A stretch of DNA of 52,126 nt. Source: Planctomycetota bacterium. Lineage in GTDB: Bacteria > Planctomycetota > UBA11346. Location of the stretch: assembly GCA_038229115.1 (NCBI GenBank), contig JBBROQ010000002.1:1-52126 (forward strand), read 5' to 3'. Every line of letters begins with the position of its first letter. Positions within the stretch are counted from its first letter, which is position 1. The position numbers and the translations under genes are program-made. Shown one piece after another: positions 28,703 through 38,036 of this stretch. The notes beneath the pieces are model-generated. The model was not told where the DNA came from, searched no databases, and was given only the letters and a program-made list of their open reading frames with translations.

Positions 28703-30298
28703 GTGATCAGGCAGCAGTGGTTTTTCAGCACGGCTAACGACAGACAGAGCGCGATCCGCTGCTTCCTCGGCATTGCCCTGATTGCTGTGCTGAGCGCCTG
28801 CGCCGGGCCGCGCCAATGGGACACCACGCCGCCCACACCGCCATCGCCGCCGGCTACCACGGTGCCGACCGCCACGCCTGCAGTTGATTTTGCGCTGCGA
28901 GAATTTTCGCCGCGGTCGGTGTCGGTCGCGACCGACGCCGAGCCGCTGTTGCTAACGCGGGCGGATTGCGTGGCTCGGGCGCTGCGCGCCAACCGCGGCT
29001 TCCGCATCACGCATCTGGCGATGACGCAGGCGCAGGCGCAGCAGCGCTTGGCGCGGGCGCAGGTGTACGCCCCGAAACTCACGGTCGGCTACACGCTCAG
29101 CAACGGTCCCGACACCGGCGCCGCACGTGCCGACGTGGCGGTGCCGGTATGGGGCTTCGACATTCAGCCCTACGTCACCGGCGGCTGGAATCAGTACGCC
29201 CCTGCTTCTGCCTCCGGCGGTGCTGGCAGCCACACCACCGCGTATGGCATCACCGTGTCGCGTCTGCTATTCAACGTGAACGAACAGCTGCGCCAACATT
29301 TGCCGATCGAAGCCGCCGATCAGGCATTCTATGTCGCCGCCAATCGCGTGATTCTTGATGGCAAGGATTTGGACCTGCGCGCCACCCGTGCGTTCTTCGC
29401 CGTGCAGGGCGCGAGCGCACGACTGAACGTGCGTTCCCGCCGCGTGGTGGATGCCGAGACGTTTTTGCAGGCCGTGAAAAAGAATGTGCAGCTTGGCTTC
29501 AAAGCGCCGGTCGAAGCGGTCAATGCCACCATCGATCTGAATCAGGCGCGCGCCGATGCGTTGGGCGACCGCACCGCACTGCGCAACGCCGAAGAAGCAC
29601 TGCTGAACCTGTTGGCCGAGCCACTGACTCGGCGGATGACGTTGGATTTGCAGGACGCGGGCTTTGACGGCGTCACAGTTCCGACGCTTGATGACGACCT
29701 GGCGCGGGTGCGCACGCATCATGAGGATCTCGGTTCGCGGCTGGCCGAAATCGATCTGAACATCGATCAACTGCGCATCGCCACCGATCAGTTGGCGCCG
29801 CAGGTGAAGGCCGCGTTCAACGCCGAGCGTCGACACGTTGGCGACGCCTTCGTCGCGCCCGGCGCGATCGACGACACTGCGGTCTCGCTGAGCCTGACAT
29901 ATTCCACGCCGTTGGACGGATGGGCGCAGGAACGCGCGCGGGTCAGCCAACTGCGCGATCAGATCGAGACCGCGACCTTGCGTCTGCGCGACACTGAGGC
30001 CGACCTGGAACAGCGTCTGCGCTCGGCGCATCGCCGCATGGTGCAGTTGCTCTCGACGGTCGATTTGTCGGTGCAGCGCTTGGCCGCCGAACGCGCAAAA
30101 TTGGAAGCCACGTTGGTCAGCTATCAGGCCGGCACGATCGACAATTTGGAAGTCACGCGGGCCAAGCAGGCGCTCGACAATGCCGAGATCGGCTTGTTGG
30201 ATGCGCGCATCAGTTTGGTGTTGGCCGCCGCGGAATACCGCGCGATTTTGCCGATCGCCAGCGCCCCGCCGCTGGCTCTGTCTGCTGGCGGCCCATGA
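28703..30298 (+). CDS. TolC-family outer membrane efflux lipoprotein
   Basis: Probable GTG start 28703; lipobox VLSAC; LTRADCVARALRAN; two OEP halves; YQAGTIDNLEVTRAKQALDNAE. Confidence 0.85.
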   Translation: MIRQQWFFSTANDRQSAIRCFLGIALIAVLSACAGPRQWDTTPPTPPSPPATTVPTATPAVDFALREFSPRSVSVATDAEPLLLTRADCVARALRANRGFRITHLAMTQAQAQQRLARAQVYAPKLTVGYTLSNGPDTGAARADVAVPVWGFDIQPYVTGGWNQYAPASASGGAGSHTTAYGITVSRLLFNVNEQLRQHLPIEAADQAFYVAANRVILDGKDLDLRATRAFFAVQGASARLNVRSRRVVDAETFLQAVKKNVQLGFKAPVEAVNATIDLNQARADALGDRTALRNAEEALLNLLAEPLTRRMTLDLQDAGFDGVTVPTLDDDLARVRTHHEDLGSRLAEIDLNIDQLRIATDQLAPQVKAAFNAERRHVGDAFVAPGAIDDTAVSLSLTYSTPLDGWAQERARVSQLRDQIETATLRLRDTEADLEQRLRSAHRRMVQLLSTVDLSVQRLAAERAKLEATLVSYQAGTIDNLEVTRAKQALDNAEIGLLDARISLVLAAAEYRAILPIASAPPLALSAGGP

Positions 30299-32850
30299 GG
30301 TGTGCGCCGGCGCAGCTGCTGCTGGTGCTGCTGTTGGTCCAGTCGGCGCCAGCGGCCGAGGCGCTGGCCGCTATCGACCTCATCACTGCACAGCCGCCCG
30401 GTATGGCTGAACTGACGCTTCAGATCGATGGCCGGATCGACAACGCGCAGCCAATCGGCCATCGTCCGCCGGTGCCGTGGGCGGTGGTGAAGTCGATGGC
30501 GACCGCCGGCAGTCAGGTGGCGCGCAGCGACGTGCTGACCGAGATCGACCCCGAACCGGTGCAGCGCTGGTTGGATAATCAGGCGCAGCACCTGCACGAA
30601 GATGAACTGGACTTGGCGCTGAAGCGGCTGCGCACCGCAACGCAGATCGACGGCCTGCAAGAGCGCTTGGCCGACGCCACCGCGCAGCGCACGACCAACC
30701 TCGCCGCGATCGCCGCGACCCGTGAGGCCGATGCGCAGGAGCGCCGTATCGCCGAACTCGAAGTGGCCTCGGCCACCACTCAGCGCGATGCCGCGCAAGC
30801 GCGACTTGAACGATTGCGGTTGCTGGGTGCGGACGTGCCGGCGCAGACCGTGCGCAGCGCCGAGGACGCTTTAGCACGCGCGAATGCGGATTTGCGCGTG
30901 CCGACGGTGCGCTTGGAACTGCTGCGCGCGACTACCGGCGCGATCGCGCGTCGGCGCTTAGAAATCGCCACCGCCAAACTTGACGAAGACTTGGCCGGCG
31001 ATCGCGGTCTGTCTGCCGACATCACGTTGGCGCAGGTAAAACAGGGTAGCGACGAAGCACTGCAACGCGGTGATGCGCAACGCCGGCATCACGATGCCGA
31101 GCGTCGCGCCGCGGCGGTGGCACAGCCACGCGTGTTGGCGCAGGCCGCGGGCACCGTCAGTTATCCCGATGGGCGGATGCGGCTGGGCTCAAAACTGGCG
31201 CCGGGACAAGCGTTCGTGTGGGTATTGGAAGCGCAGCATTTGATCGTCGCGGTCGAACTTCCGGATGAGGCGCAGGCGCTGCTTTTGGGCGGAATAGCTG
31301 GCGCCTCAGCGAGCGCGGCGCAGGGCCACGGCGAGGTGACGATTCCCGCATTGGGTGGCGGCGCGCAGGTGCGCGTGCCGGTGACCGTGCGGGATATCGC
31401 CGCCAGTCCGCGTCCGTCGGCGGACGGAACCCATCGCGTGTTTGCGTGCCGTTTAGCGTTCGCGTTCACCGATCCAGAGGCCGAGGCGCGGGTGCGCGCG
31501 CAGATGAAACCGGGCATGCGTGTGCAGTGCGCGTTGGCGCTGTCACTGCCCGGCGCGATCGCGGTGATCCCGACCTTTTGTTTGAGCGACCGGCGTCAGC
31601 CGCGGGTGCAGATGGCGGACGGCAGCGAGCGCACGCTCACCGGTACGGTGCTCAACGATCGCTTCGTGGTGCACACCGGCGTGCAGCCTGGCGAGCGCAT
31701 TCGGGTCGCGGTGCCGACAGCGCATGCCCGCGATGTGGTGCGGGTCACGGGCGTGTTGGAAGCCACAACGGCGCTGCCGATCCGGCTGTCCTCGGGCGAA
31801 TGGGAACTCAGCGAAGTAGTCCCCGACGGCAGCATGGTGCAGGCCGGGCAGGTGGTGGCGCGCCTGAGCAAACGCACGTGGTGGCGCGATCTCGAGCTGG
31901 ACCGTTTCACGGTGCAGGCCGGCGATGCGCGCGCGGGGGCAAACCTTGCCATCAGTCGAGCCGAGGCCGAGCAGCAACGCGTACGGGCGTTGGCCGCTTG
32001 GCATCAGGCACAACGCGATGCCGATGCGGCGACGCTTGAACATTTCATCGCCCGCTACGCCGTCGACGACGAAGGCATCGCGTCGGCGCAAAGCGCAGTC
32101 GAACGCGCCGCCATCGACGCCGCTGCCAACGCGCGCAGCGCACAGGACGCGGCCGAACCGCGCTTGGCGGCAACGCTCTCTGCCAATGCGATCGCCGCGC
32201 GAAATGTGGCTGCCGGCGCCAGCGCACGGGCGCTGACCGCGGCGCAGATTCGCGCGGTGGCCACGACGCGCGCCAGTGATTGGTTTGTTTTGGCGGACAA
32301 GGCTGAGGCCGAACGCAGCGCGCATCTGGCGGCGACCGCGGCGCGACAAGCGTACAGTTTATCCTGCGAACAAGCGCGGCTGGCTCAGGCCGCCGCCGCG
32401 GACCGTTACCGCGCCGACCTGCGCTCGCGCGACGGTCAGCGCAACGAGTTCTTGGACGAAACCGTGCTCGCCCCGCGCGCTGGGCTGCTGTGCCATCGCC
32501 TGTCCGGCGGTCAGCCGCTGAAAGCGGGTAATGAGGTGCGCACGATGGAGCCGTTCCTGATGCCCGACGGCCCGCAGCGCAGCGCAACGCTGCTGATTCC
32601 AGCGCGTTTTTACGGCCATTTCAGCGTTGGGCAGACCCTGGCCCTGCACGTGCCGGCACTCGGCGAAACGACCCTCAGCGCCAGCGTCCGTGCCGTCGGT
32701 GCGGCCTTCCTGCCTGATCCGACCGTTGCGTTTGACCGTGATCTTCCGGGCGCGGCCGACGACGTGTTCACGCTTGGCATCACGCTGACACCGCCGGCTG
32801 AGTTGGCCGCGCGTCTGCCGCCGGGGACCACGGTGTATGCGGATCTGTGA
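30295..32850 (+). CDS. Tandem (double) membrane-fusion/periplasmic adaptor protein
   Basis: Signal peptide; module 1 (AGSQVARSDVLTEID..coil..AQAAGTV..MKPGMRV..GVQPGERI); module 2 (VPDGSMVQAGQVVARL..coil..APRAGLL..LPPGTTV). Confidence 0.75.
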   Translation: MRCAPAQLLLVLLLVQSAPAAEALAAIDLITAQPPGMAELTLQIDGRIDNAQPIGHRPPVPWAVVKSMATAGSQVARSDVLTEIDPEPVQRWLDNQAQHLHEDELDLALKRLRTATQIDGLQERLADATAQRTTNLAAIAATREADAQERRIAELEVASATTQRDAAQARLERLRLLGADVPAQTVRSAEDALARANADLRVPTVRLELLRATTGAIARRRLEIATAKLDEDLAGDRGLSADITLAQVKQGSDEALQRGDAQRRHHDAERRAAAVAQPRVLAQAAGTVSYPDGRMRLGSKLAPGQAFVWVLEAQHLIVAVELPDEAQALLLGGIAGASASAAQGHGEVTIPALGGGAQVRVPVTVRDIAASPRPSADGTHRVFACRLAFAFTDPEAEARVRAQMKPGMRVQCALALSLPGAIAVIPTFCLSDRRQPRVQMADGSERTLTGTVLNDRFVVHTGVQPGERIRVAVPTAHARDVVRVTGVLEATTALPIRLSSGEWELSEVVPDGSMVQAGQVVARLSKRTWWRDLELDRFTVQAGDARAGANLAISRAEAEQQRVRALAAWHQAQRDADAATLEHFIARYAVDDEGIASAQSAVERAAIDAAANARSAQDAAEPRLAATLSANAIAARNVAAGASARALTAAQIRAVATTRASDWFVLADKAEAERSAHLAATAARQAYSLSCEQARLAQAAAADRYRADLRSRDGQRNEFLDETVLAPRAGLLCHRLSGGQPLKAGNEVRTMEPFLMPDGPQRSATLLIPARFYGHFSVGQTLALHVPALGETTLSASVRAVGAAFLPDPTVAFDRDLPGAADDVFTLGITLTPPAELAARLPPGTTVYADL

Positions 32851-34840
32851 GCAGCTGAAAAAATCGACCGCGCTTTGGCTCGGCTTCATGCTCATGGGGA
32901 GCGCGGCCGAGCTGACGCTCGACTTCGACGGCCAAGTGGTGTTGGAGCGCGCCGCGTCAGTGGGCCTGGCCGCGACCGCGCCGGGCGCCGTGGTCGAATG
33001 GTTGGCCGCCGATGGGCAGGGCCTGCGCAAAGGTGACCGTCTAGTGATGTTCAGCGCCGATCAGGCGACGCGCGAATTGCCGCTGCGCGTGCTTGACGCA
33101 GAAATCGCGCGCCGCGCGCAAACGCTCAGTCAGGCAAAGGCGGGATTGGAACTGGATGCCCTGCGTGATGAGCAGACGCGCCTGCGCGGCGATCTGGCAC
33201 AGGCCGAAGCCGCGGTCGCGGCGCTGGTCCACAAACGCCGCGATGAGGCCGCGTTGGCTGCCGCTGGCCACGACGCTGACACGGTTGCGCTGGCCGCAGA
33301 AATGCGCGCCGCCGAACGTCAGCGGCGCTTGGCGGGCCTGGGCCAAGTGGCCGCCGATCAGGTGCTGCGTGCCGACGCGTCGGTCGCCATGGCGGCCGCT
33401 CGCAGCGAGCAGAGCGCGGCCGCGGCCGCGCGATTGCAGGCGTTGGCTGATGCCGCGGCGGCAACGACTGCTGATGCTGACGTGGTTGCCGAGGACGATC
33501 TGGAACTGCAGGCCAAGCGCTTGGCGGTGCGGCGGCTGCGGGCGCAAATGGGCGTTGATCAACACGGCGTAGTGCTGCCCGGTGCCGGCATCGGTGCGCG
33601 TCTCGCGGCCACCGAAAAAGCCGGCAAACGTCAACGCACCGTCGATCAGACTGAGCGCGAACAAAGCGAGCGCGTGGCCCACGAAGGCGAGCGCGATCAT
33701 CATGACCACACGCCGTTGGTATGGGTGTCGCTGACCAGAGATGGCGAGAAAACCGCGGCAAAGACCGTGCGTTTCCTGCCCGCAGTTGCGAGTGCCGCGA
33801 GTGCCGCGGAGGCGACCACGACGCTGACTGACCGCGGCGCGGTGTTCACGACCGAGCGCGGTTTTGGTTGGGATGTCGAGGTCAGCGACCGGCTGCGCGC
33901 GCCGGCCACCGCGTCAACGGATCAGCACGGCTGCGTGCTGATCCGCGAACAACGGCGCTGGCGCATCGCGCTGCCCGATGGCGTGTGGCAAGTGCGCGTG
34001 GGCTTGGGCGATGCGCTCGATTGGGATGGCGCGGTGCTGTGGGCACAGGGCGGGCAGGCTGACGAACGGCAGTGCCTCGCGGCCGAGCGCCGCATCGACG
34101 GCGGCGCGTATCCGGAATTCGCGGCCACTGTGACCGTGCGCGGCGGCTTGTTGGAATTGTTGGTTGGCGACACCTGTGTGCGCGCCCTGCGCGCACCGGG
34201 GGATGGACTCGCGGTACGGCAACCGTGGACGCGGGTGGGCTCGAAAACCGGCGATCCGAGTTGGCCGGTGGTGTTCTTTGTCGCGCAGCGCGATCTGACG
34301 GTGCGCTGCAGAGTGCCGCAGGAGCAGGTGCGCTTTTTGTGCGTCGCTGACGCGCCGCTGGCCGCGGGCGCTTTGCCCGTCGCTGCCGCGCCGAGCGCAG
34401 AGAAACCTGCGCTGCGCACCAGCATCGTCAGCGTGCGCACCCGCAGCGGCGAGCGCGTGTCCGGCCGCATTGTGGGCATCGACGATCAGCCGGTGGCGCT
34501 GGGACGGGCGCCGCTCGACTGGAATCAGGATGAGACCGAGCGCCTCGCCAATGAAGTCACCATCGCGGTGGACGATCCGCAGCAGCGCTTGGCGATCGGT
34601 GCGCCGGTGGTGGTGCGCGCGGCGTTGCCGGTGCCTGCGCACGCGTTGGTCGCACCGGCGCATCTGGTGGTCGAGCGCGCGCATCATCGTTATGCGCAGG
34701 TTCGCGGTGCCGCAGCCGCAGTGACGGTGCAGGCCGAACGCGTCGGCGCGCAGTGGCTGATCACCGGGGGTTTGCCGGCCACCACTGACAATGCCGATGG
34801 CTTGGTCGAGCCGCAGGCGCTGCCGATACGCCGGCGGTGA
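32837..34840 (+). CDS. Membrane-fusion protein with inserted galactose-binding-like domain (probable N-terminal part of a gene continuing to 36003)
   Basis: Signal-like N-terminus; VEWLAADGQGLRKGDRLVMF; coiled coil; DRGAVFTTERGFGW..WRIALPDGVWQVRVGLGD insert; LRAPGDGL; membrane-proximal domain. Confidence 0.7.
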   Translation: MRICEQLKKSTALWLGFMLMGSAAELTLDFDGQVVLERAASVGLAATAPGAVVEWLAADGQGLRKGDRLVMFSADQATRELPLRVLDAEIARRAQTLSQAKAGLELDALRDEQTRLRGDLAQAEAAVAALVHKRRDEAALAAAGHDADTVALAAEMRAAERQRRLAGLGQVAADQVLRADASVAMAAARSEQSAAAAARLQALADAAAATTADADVVAEDDLELQAKRLAVRRLRAQMGVDQHGVVLPGAGIGARLAATEKAGKRQRTVDQTEREQSERVAHEGERDHHDHTPLVWVSLTRDGEKTAAKTVRFLPAVASAASAAEATTTLTDRGAVFTTERGFGWDVEVSDRLRAPATASTDQHGCVLIREQRRWRIALPDGVWQVRVGLGDALDWDGAVLWAQGGQADERQCLAAERRIDGGAYPEFAATVTVRGGLLELLVGDTCVRALRAPGDGLAVRQPWTRVGSKTGDPSWPVVFFVAQRDLTVRCRVPQEQVRFLCVADAPLAAGALPVAAAPSAEKPALRTSIVSVRTRSGERVSGRIVGIDDQPVALGRAPLDWNQDETERLANEVTIAVDDPQQRLAIGAPVVVRAALPVPAHALVAPAHLVVERAHHRYAQVRGAAAAVTVQAERVGAQWLITGGLPATTDNADGLVEPQALPIRRR

Positions 34841-36003
34841 CCGCAAGTTTTGCCGGCGAAGTGGTCGCCGGTGCGCGCGCGCCGCTGACGCTGCCGTATT
34901 TTTGGGGCCGCATCAGCACAATGGTGGCCGATGGCAGCATCGTGAAAAAAGGCGAGGGGGTGGTGACCCTGTACAACCCCGACCTGGACACCAAACGCGA
35001 CGAGGACCGCCGCGCGCGCGCGAAGGCCAGTCAGGCGTTTTTGCTCAGCGCCGAGCAGCGCCGAGTGAAAGCAGTGCAGGCCGACAGCCAAGCCGCCGAG
35101 CAGCGCGTTGGCGATCAACAAACCGGTTTGGCGTGGCAGCAGGCGGCGCAGGTGCCAATCGCAAGCGTGACCGAATGCCAGGCAGCACTGAGCGCAGCGC
35201 AGATACGCGCCGCTGACGCGACTGCGCGCGTGCAGCGGTTCGGGGATTTGAGCGCAGAACAACCGGCTGAATTTGCGGGCTTGAACTTGGCCAACGCGCA
35301 AGCCGAGGTCCAGGTGCGGCGCGCGGCGTTGGCGTTGGTCGCGGCGGCGCGTGCGCCGAACTGGTTAGATGGGCAAGACAAACTGGACGCGTGGCGTGCG
35401 GCGTTGCAGCTGCGCGGTGATCGCGATCAGGCGGTGGCATTAGCTCAGGCCGACGAACGCGCGGCGGCGATGAAGGGGCGCATCACGCTTGATCGTGCCC
35501 GCGAAGGCGAGTGGAAAGCCCGGCAATTTGCGCAGATCCGCGAGCTGAAAGCACCGGCAGACGGACGGCTGTTTTTCGCCACCACCTGGAACGACCAAAG
35601 CGGCAAGCGCGAGAAACTGGCCAAGGATCTGGTGGTGTGGGGCGGGTTGACCTTGGGCGAAGTCTTGGACATGCGGCGGCTGGATTTCCGCGCCGCGGTG
35701 CCCGAACGGCGCTACGGAACGTTGCTCGTTGGTCAGCAGGTGACGGTGGTATTTCCGCAGTTCGACGGCGTGCGCGTGCCGGCGACCTTGAGCGCGATTG
35801 GCCGCGCGTTCAACGCCCCCACGGACAGCGACAGCCTGGATCGTCATGCGCGCATCACGGCGGAACGTGAGGTGATCGTGACCGTGGCGTTGACCGTACC
35901 GGCCGAACTGCAAGACCGCTTGCTGCCCGGCACCAAGGGCGAACTCGATGTGGGCGACGTGCTGGTGCCGGCGGCCTCGGTAGAAAAAAAGGCACAGCCA
36001 TGA
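34837..36003 (+). CDS. Membrane-fusion protein module lacking a signal peptide
   Basis: GRISTMVADGSIVKKGEGVVTL, coiled coil, LKAPADGRL, FRAAVPERRYGTLLVGQQVTV, LLPGTKG. Confidence 0.75.
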   Translation: MTASFAGEVVAGARAPLTLPYFWGRISTMVADGSIVKKGEGVVTLYNPDLDTKRDEDRRARAKASQAFLLSAEQRRVKAVQADSQAAEQRVGDQQTGLAWQQAAQVPIASVTECQAALSAAQIRAADATARVQRFGDLSAEQPAEFAGLNLANAQAEVQVRRAALALVAAARAPNWLDGQDKLDAWRAALQLRGDRDQAVALAQADERAAAMKGRITLDRAREGEWKARQFAQIRELKAPADGRLFFATTWNDQSGKREKLAKDLVVWGGLTLGEVLDMRRLDFRAAVPERRYGTLLVGQQVTVVFPQFDGVRVPATLSAIGRAFNAPTDSDSLDRHARITAEREVIVTVALTVPAELQDRLLPGTKGELDVGDVLVPAASVEKKAQP

Positions 36004-38036
36004 CGCGTCGTCGCTTCGTTTCGGTGGTCGTGGTGCTGATGGTCTTGGCGGTGGCGGCGGCCCTGATGCGGCCGCGCCATGGTACTGATCGCCCGCGTTT
36101 TGAAGCGGTGCGCGTGCTACAAGGCGAGGTGGCGCAGGTGCTGCACGAAACCGCGCGCATTCAACCCGTTGATCCCATGCTGGTGAAATGCGCGTTTACC
36201 GGCCGCATTCAATTCATCGTCGAGGACGGCGTGTGGGTCGAGGCCGGGCAGACGCTGTTCGTTCTGGATGAGGACGAAGAGTCTGCGCGCGTCGCCGACG
36301 ATCGCAGTCAGTTGTTAGGCGTGCGTCAGGAACTGCGTTTGGCCAAACTGAAACGCGAGCAAAGCGAAGCGCAGGAAGCAGCTAAACGCGACGCGGCGCG
36401 GCGCAGTGCAGAATTGGAAACGCTGCGTGCGCAGGTGGTCGAGACCACGCCGCAGGGGGGCGATACGCTGATCCGTTTGCATGAACAGCTGCTGCCGTTG
36501 GAGGCCGAGGCCGAAACTGCGCGCACTGCTGCCACCGCCGCCGAGCGCGGCTATCAAGCGGCTTTGGACGCGTATTTGGCATTGGTCGATCAGCAGCAAT
36601 CACGGCGCGATCAGGTGGCGCGCGCGCAGGCGCAGATCGACGAAGCCAACGCGCAGTTGGAAACGTCCGCGGGATCGATGGAGCGCCTCACTGCGGCCGA
36701 ACGCGTCGAACGCGAGCGGGCGCAGACCGCACTGACTACCGCCCAGGCCGAGTTCGCGCGCGCGCAAGCAGCGCAAGCCGATGACCTGCCGCAGCGGCTG
36801 GCCGCGGCCCAGACCGCAACCAATGCGGCAAAATCGGAACGGGACCGCACTGCCGCCGCCGTGGCCGAGCAGGAACGCACCACGCAGCCGCTCTATGTGC
36901 AGATCGAAATTGAGAAACGTGGCGCGACCGCAGCGGCGCTGGCTCTCGACGAAGAATCGCAGCGGCTGGCGTTGGCCGAAGCTGAACGCCTGCGCACCGC
37001 CGCCGCGGCCGGGGTGGCAGCGCAGGCAATGGCGCAGTCGGCGTTGGATGATCGGCAGGCCGAGGTCGACCGGGCGACGGCGCAATTGGCGATCACGCGC
37101 GAACGTCTGACCATCGCACGTCGGGGCGCCACCGCGGCCGAACTAACCGAGGCGCACGCGCGGCGTGAGCGCGCACAGGCCAAGGCCGACGCCGCGCAAG
37201 CCGCGTACGAACGCGCGTTGGCGGTGCAGGATCAGGAGATCGCGCTGTTGGATGCGCGGCAGGCGCGCTTGGCCGCCGGCATCGAACGCCGCTCGCGCAA
37301 TTTCCCCAGCCTGATTGAGAGCTATCTGGCGACCCTGCAGAGCGAACGCGCGTTGCTGGAAGCCGACGAACTGACCCGGCGCAGCGAACTCGACGCCGAG
37401 CTTGCGCGTTTACAGGCGCAGTTGGTGGCAGCGAAGGCCAAGCCGCCGGGCGTGCAGGTCGCGCCGGTCGCCGGCGTTGCGCGCGTGAAGGAACAGGACG
37501 ACCGGAAGAAGCAGGCCGGCGACAAGGGTTGGGAGGACGACACCTTGGTGGAGCTGTTCCCGCCCGAACGCATGGCGGTGCTGGTCGCGATTAACGAGGT
37601 CAACGTGCGATTGTTGAAGCCCGGCCAAGTCGCGCGCATTACCGTTCCGGCACTTAAAAACGCTGAATTCACCGGCGTTATCGCCACCATTGCCGGGGTC
37701 GGCAAAGACAAGTTTTCTGATCAGGGCGGCTTTGCCGATGTCACCCAGTTCCTCGTCCGCATTACCTTGGATCAGCCAAGCGCCGAGCTGCGCCAGGGCA
37801 TGACCGCGCTGGTCGCGTTGACCATCGACCGCCGCGCGGACGTGCTGTGGCTGCCGCGCGCGGCGGTGCGCCTGGACTCGACAGCGCCGGGCAAAGGCAT
37901 GGTCTTGAGTGGCGATGCACGCGCGCCGCAGCCGCACGCGATCAGCATCGAACCAGTCGGAGACGACGCGGTGGTGATCACCTCGGGACTGAACGCAGGC
38001 GATACGGTGTTCATCGACCGCGGACTCTCGCCATGA
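36000..38036 (+). CDS. MacA-like periplasmic adaptor with very long coiled coil
   Basis: N-terminal TM; GRIQFIVEDGVWVEAGQTLFVLD; ~380-aa Ala/Glu/Arg/Gln helical stretch; APVAGV; INEVNVRLLKPGQ; LRQGMTA; LPRAAV; SGLNAGDTV. Confidence 0.85.
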   Translation: MTRRRFVSVVVVLMVLAVAAALMRPRHGTDRPRFEAVRVLQGEVAQVLHETARIQPVDPMLVKCAFTGRIQFIVEDGVWVEAGQTLFVLDEDEESARVADDRSQLLGVRQELRLAKLKREQSEAQEAAKRDAARRSAELETLRAQVVETTPQGGDTLIRLHEQLLPLEAEAETARTAATAAERGYQAALDAYLALVDQQQSRRDQVARAQAQIDEANAQLETSAGSMERLTAAERVERERAQTALTTAQAEFARAQAAQADDLPQRLAAAQTATNAAKSERDRTAAAVAEQERTTQPLYVQIEIEKRGATAAALALDEESQRLALAEAERLRTAAAAGVAAQAMAQSALDDRQAEVDRATAQLAITRERLTIARRGATAAELTEAHARRERAQAKADAAQAAYERALAVQDQEIALLDARQARLAAGIERRSRNFPSLIESYLATLQSERALLEADELTRRSELDAELARLQAQLVAAKAKPPGVQVAPVAGVARVKEQDDRKKQAGDKGWEDDTLVELFPPERMAVLVAINEVNVRLLKPGQVARITVPALKNAEFTGVIATIAGVGKDKFSDQGGFADVTQFLVRITLDQPSAELRQGMTALVALTIDRRADVLWLPRAAVRLDSTAPGKGMVLSGDARAPQPHAISIEPVGDDAVVITSGLNAGDTVFIDRGLSP

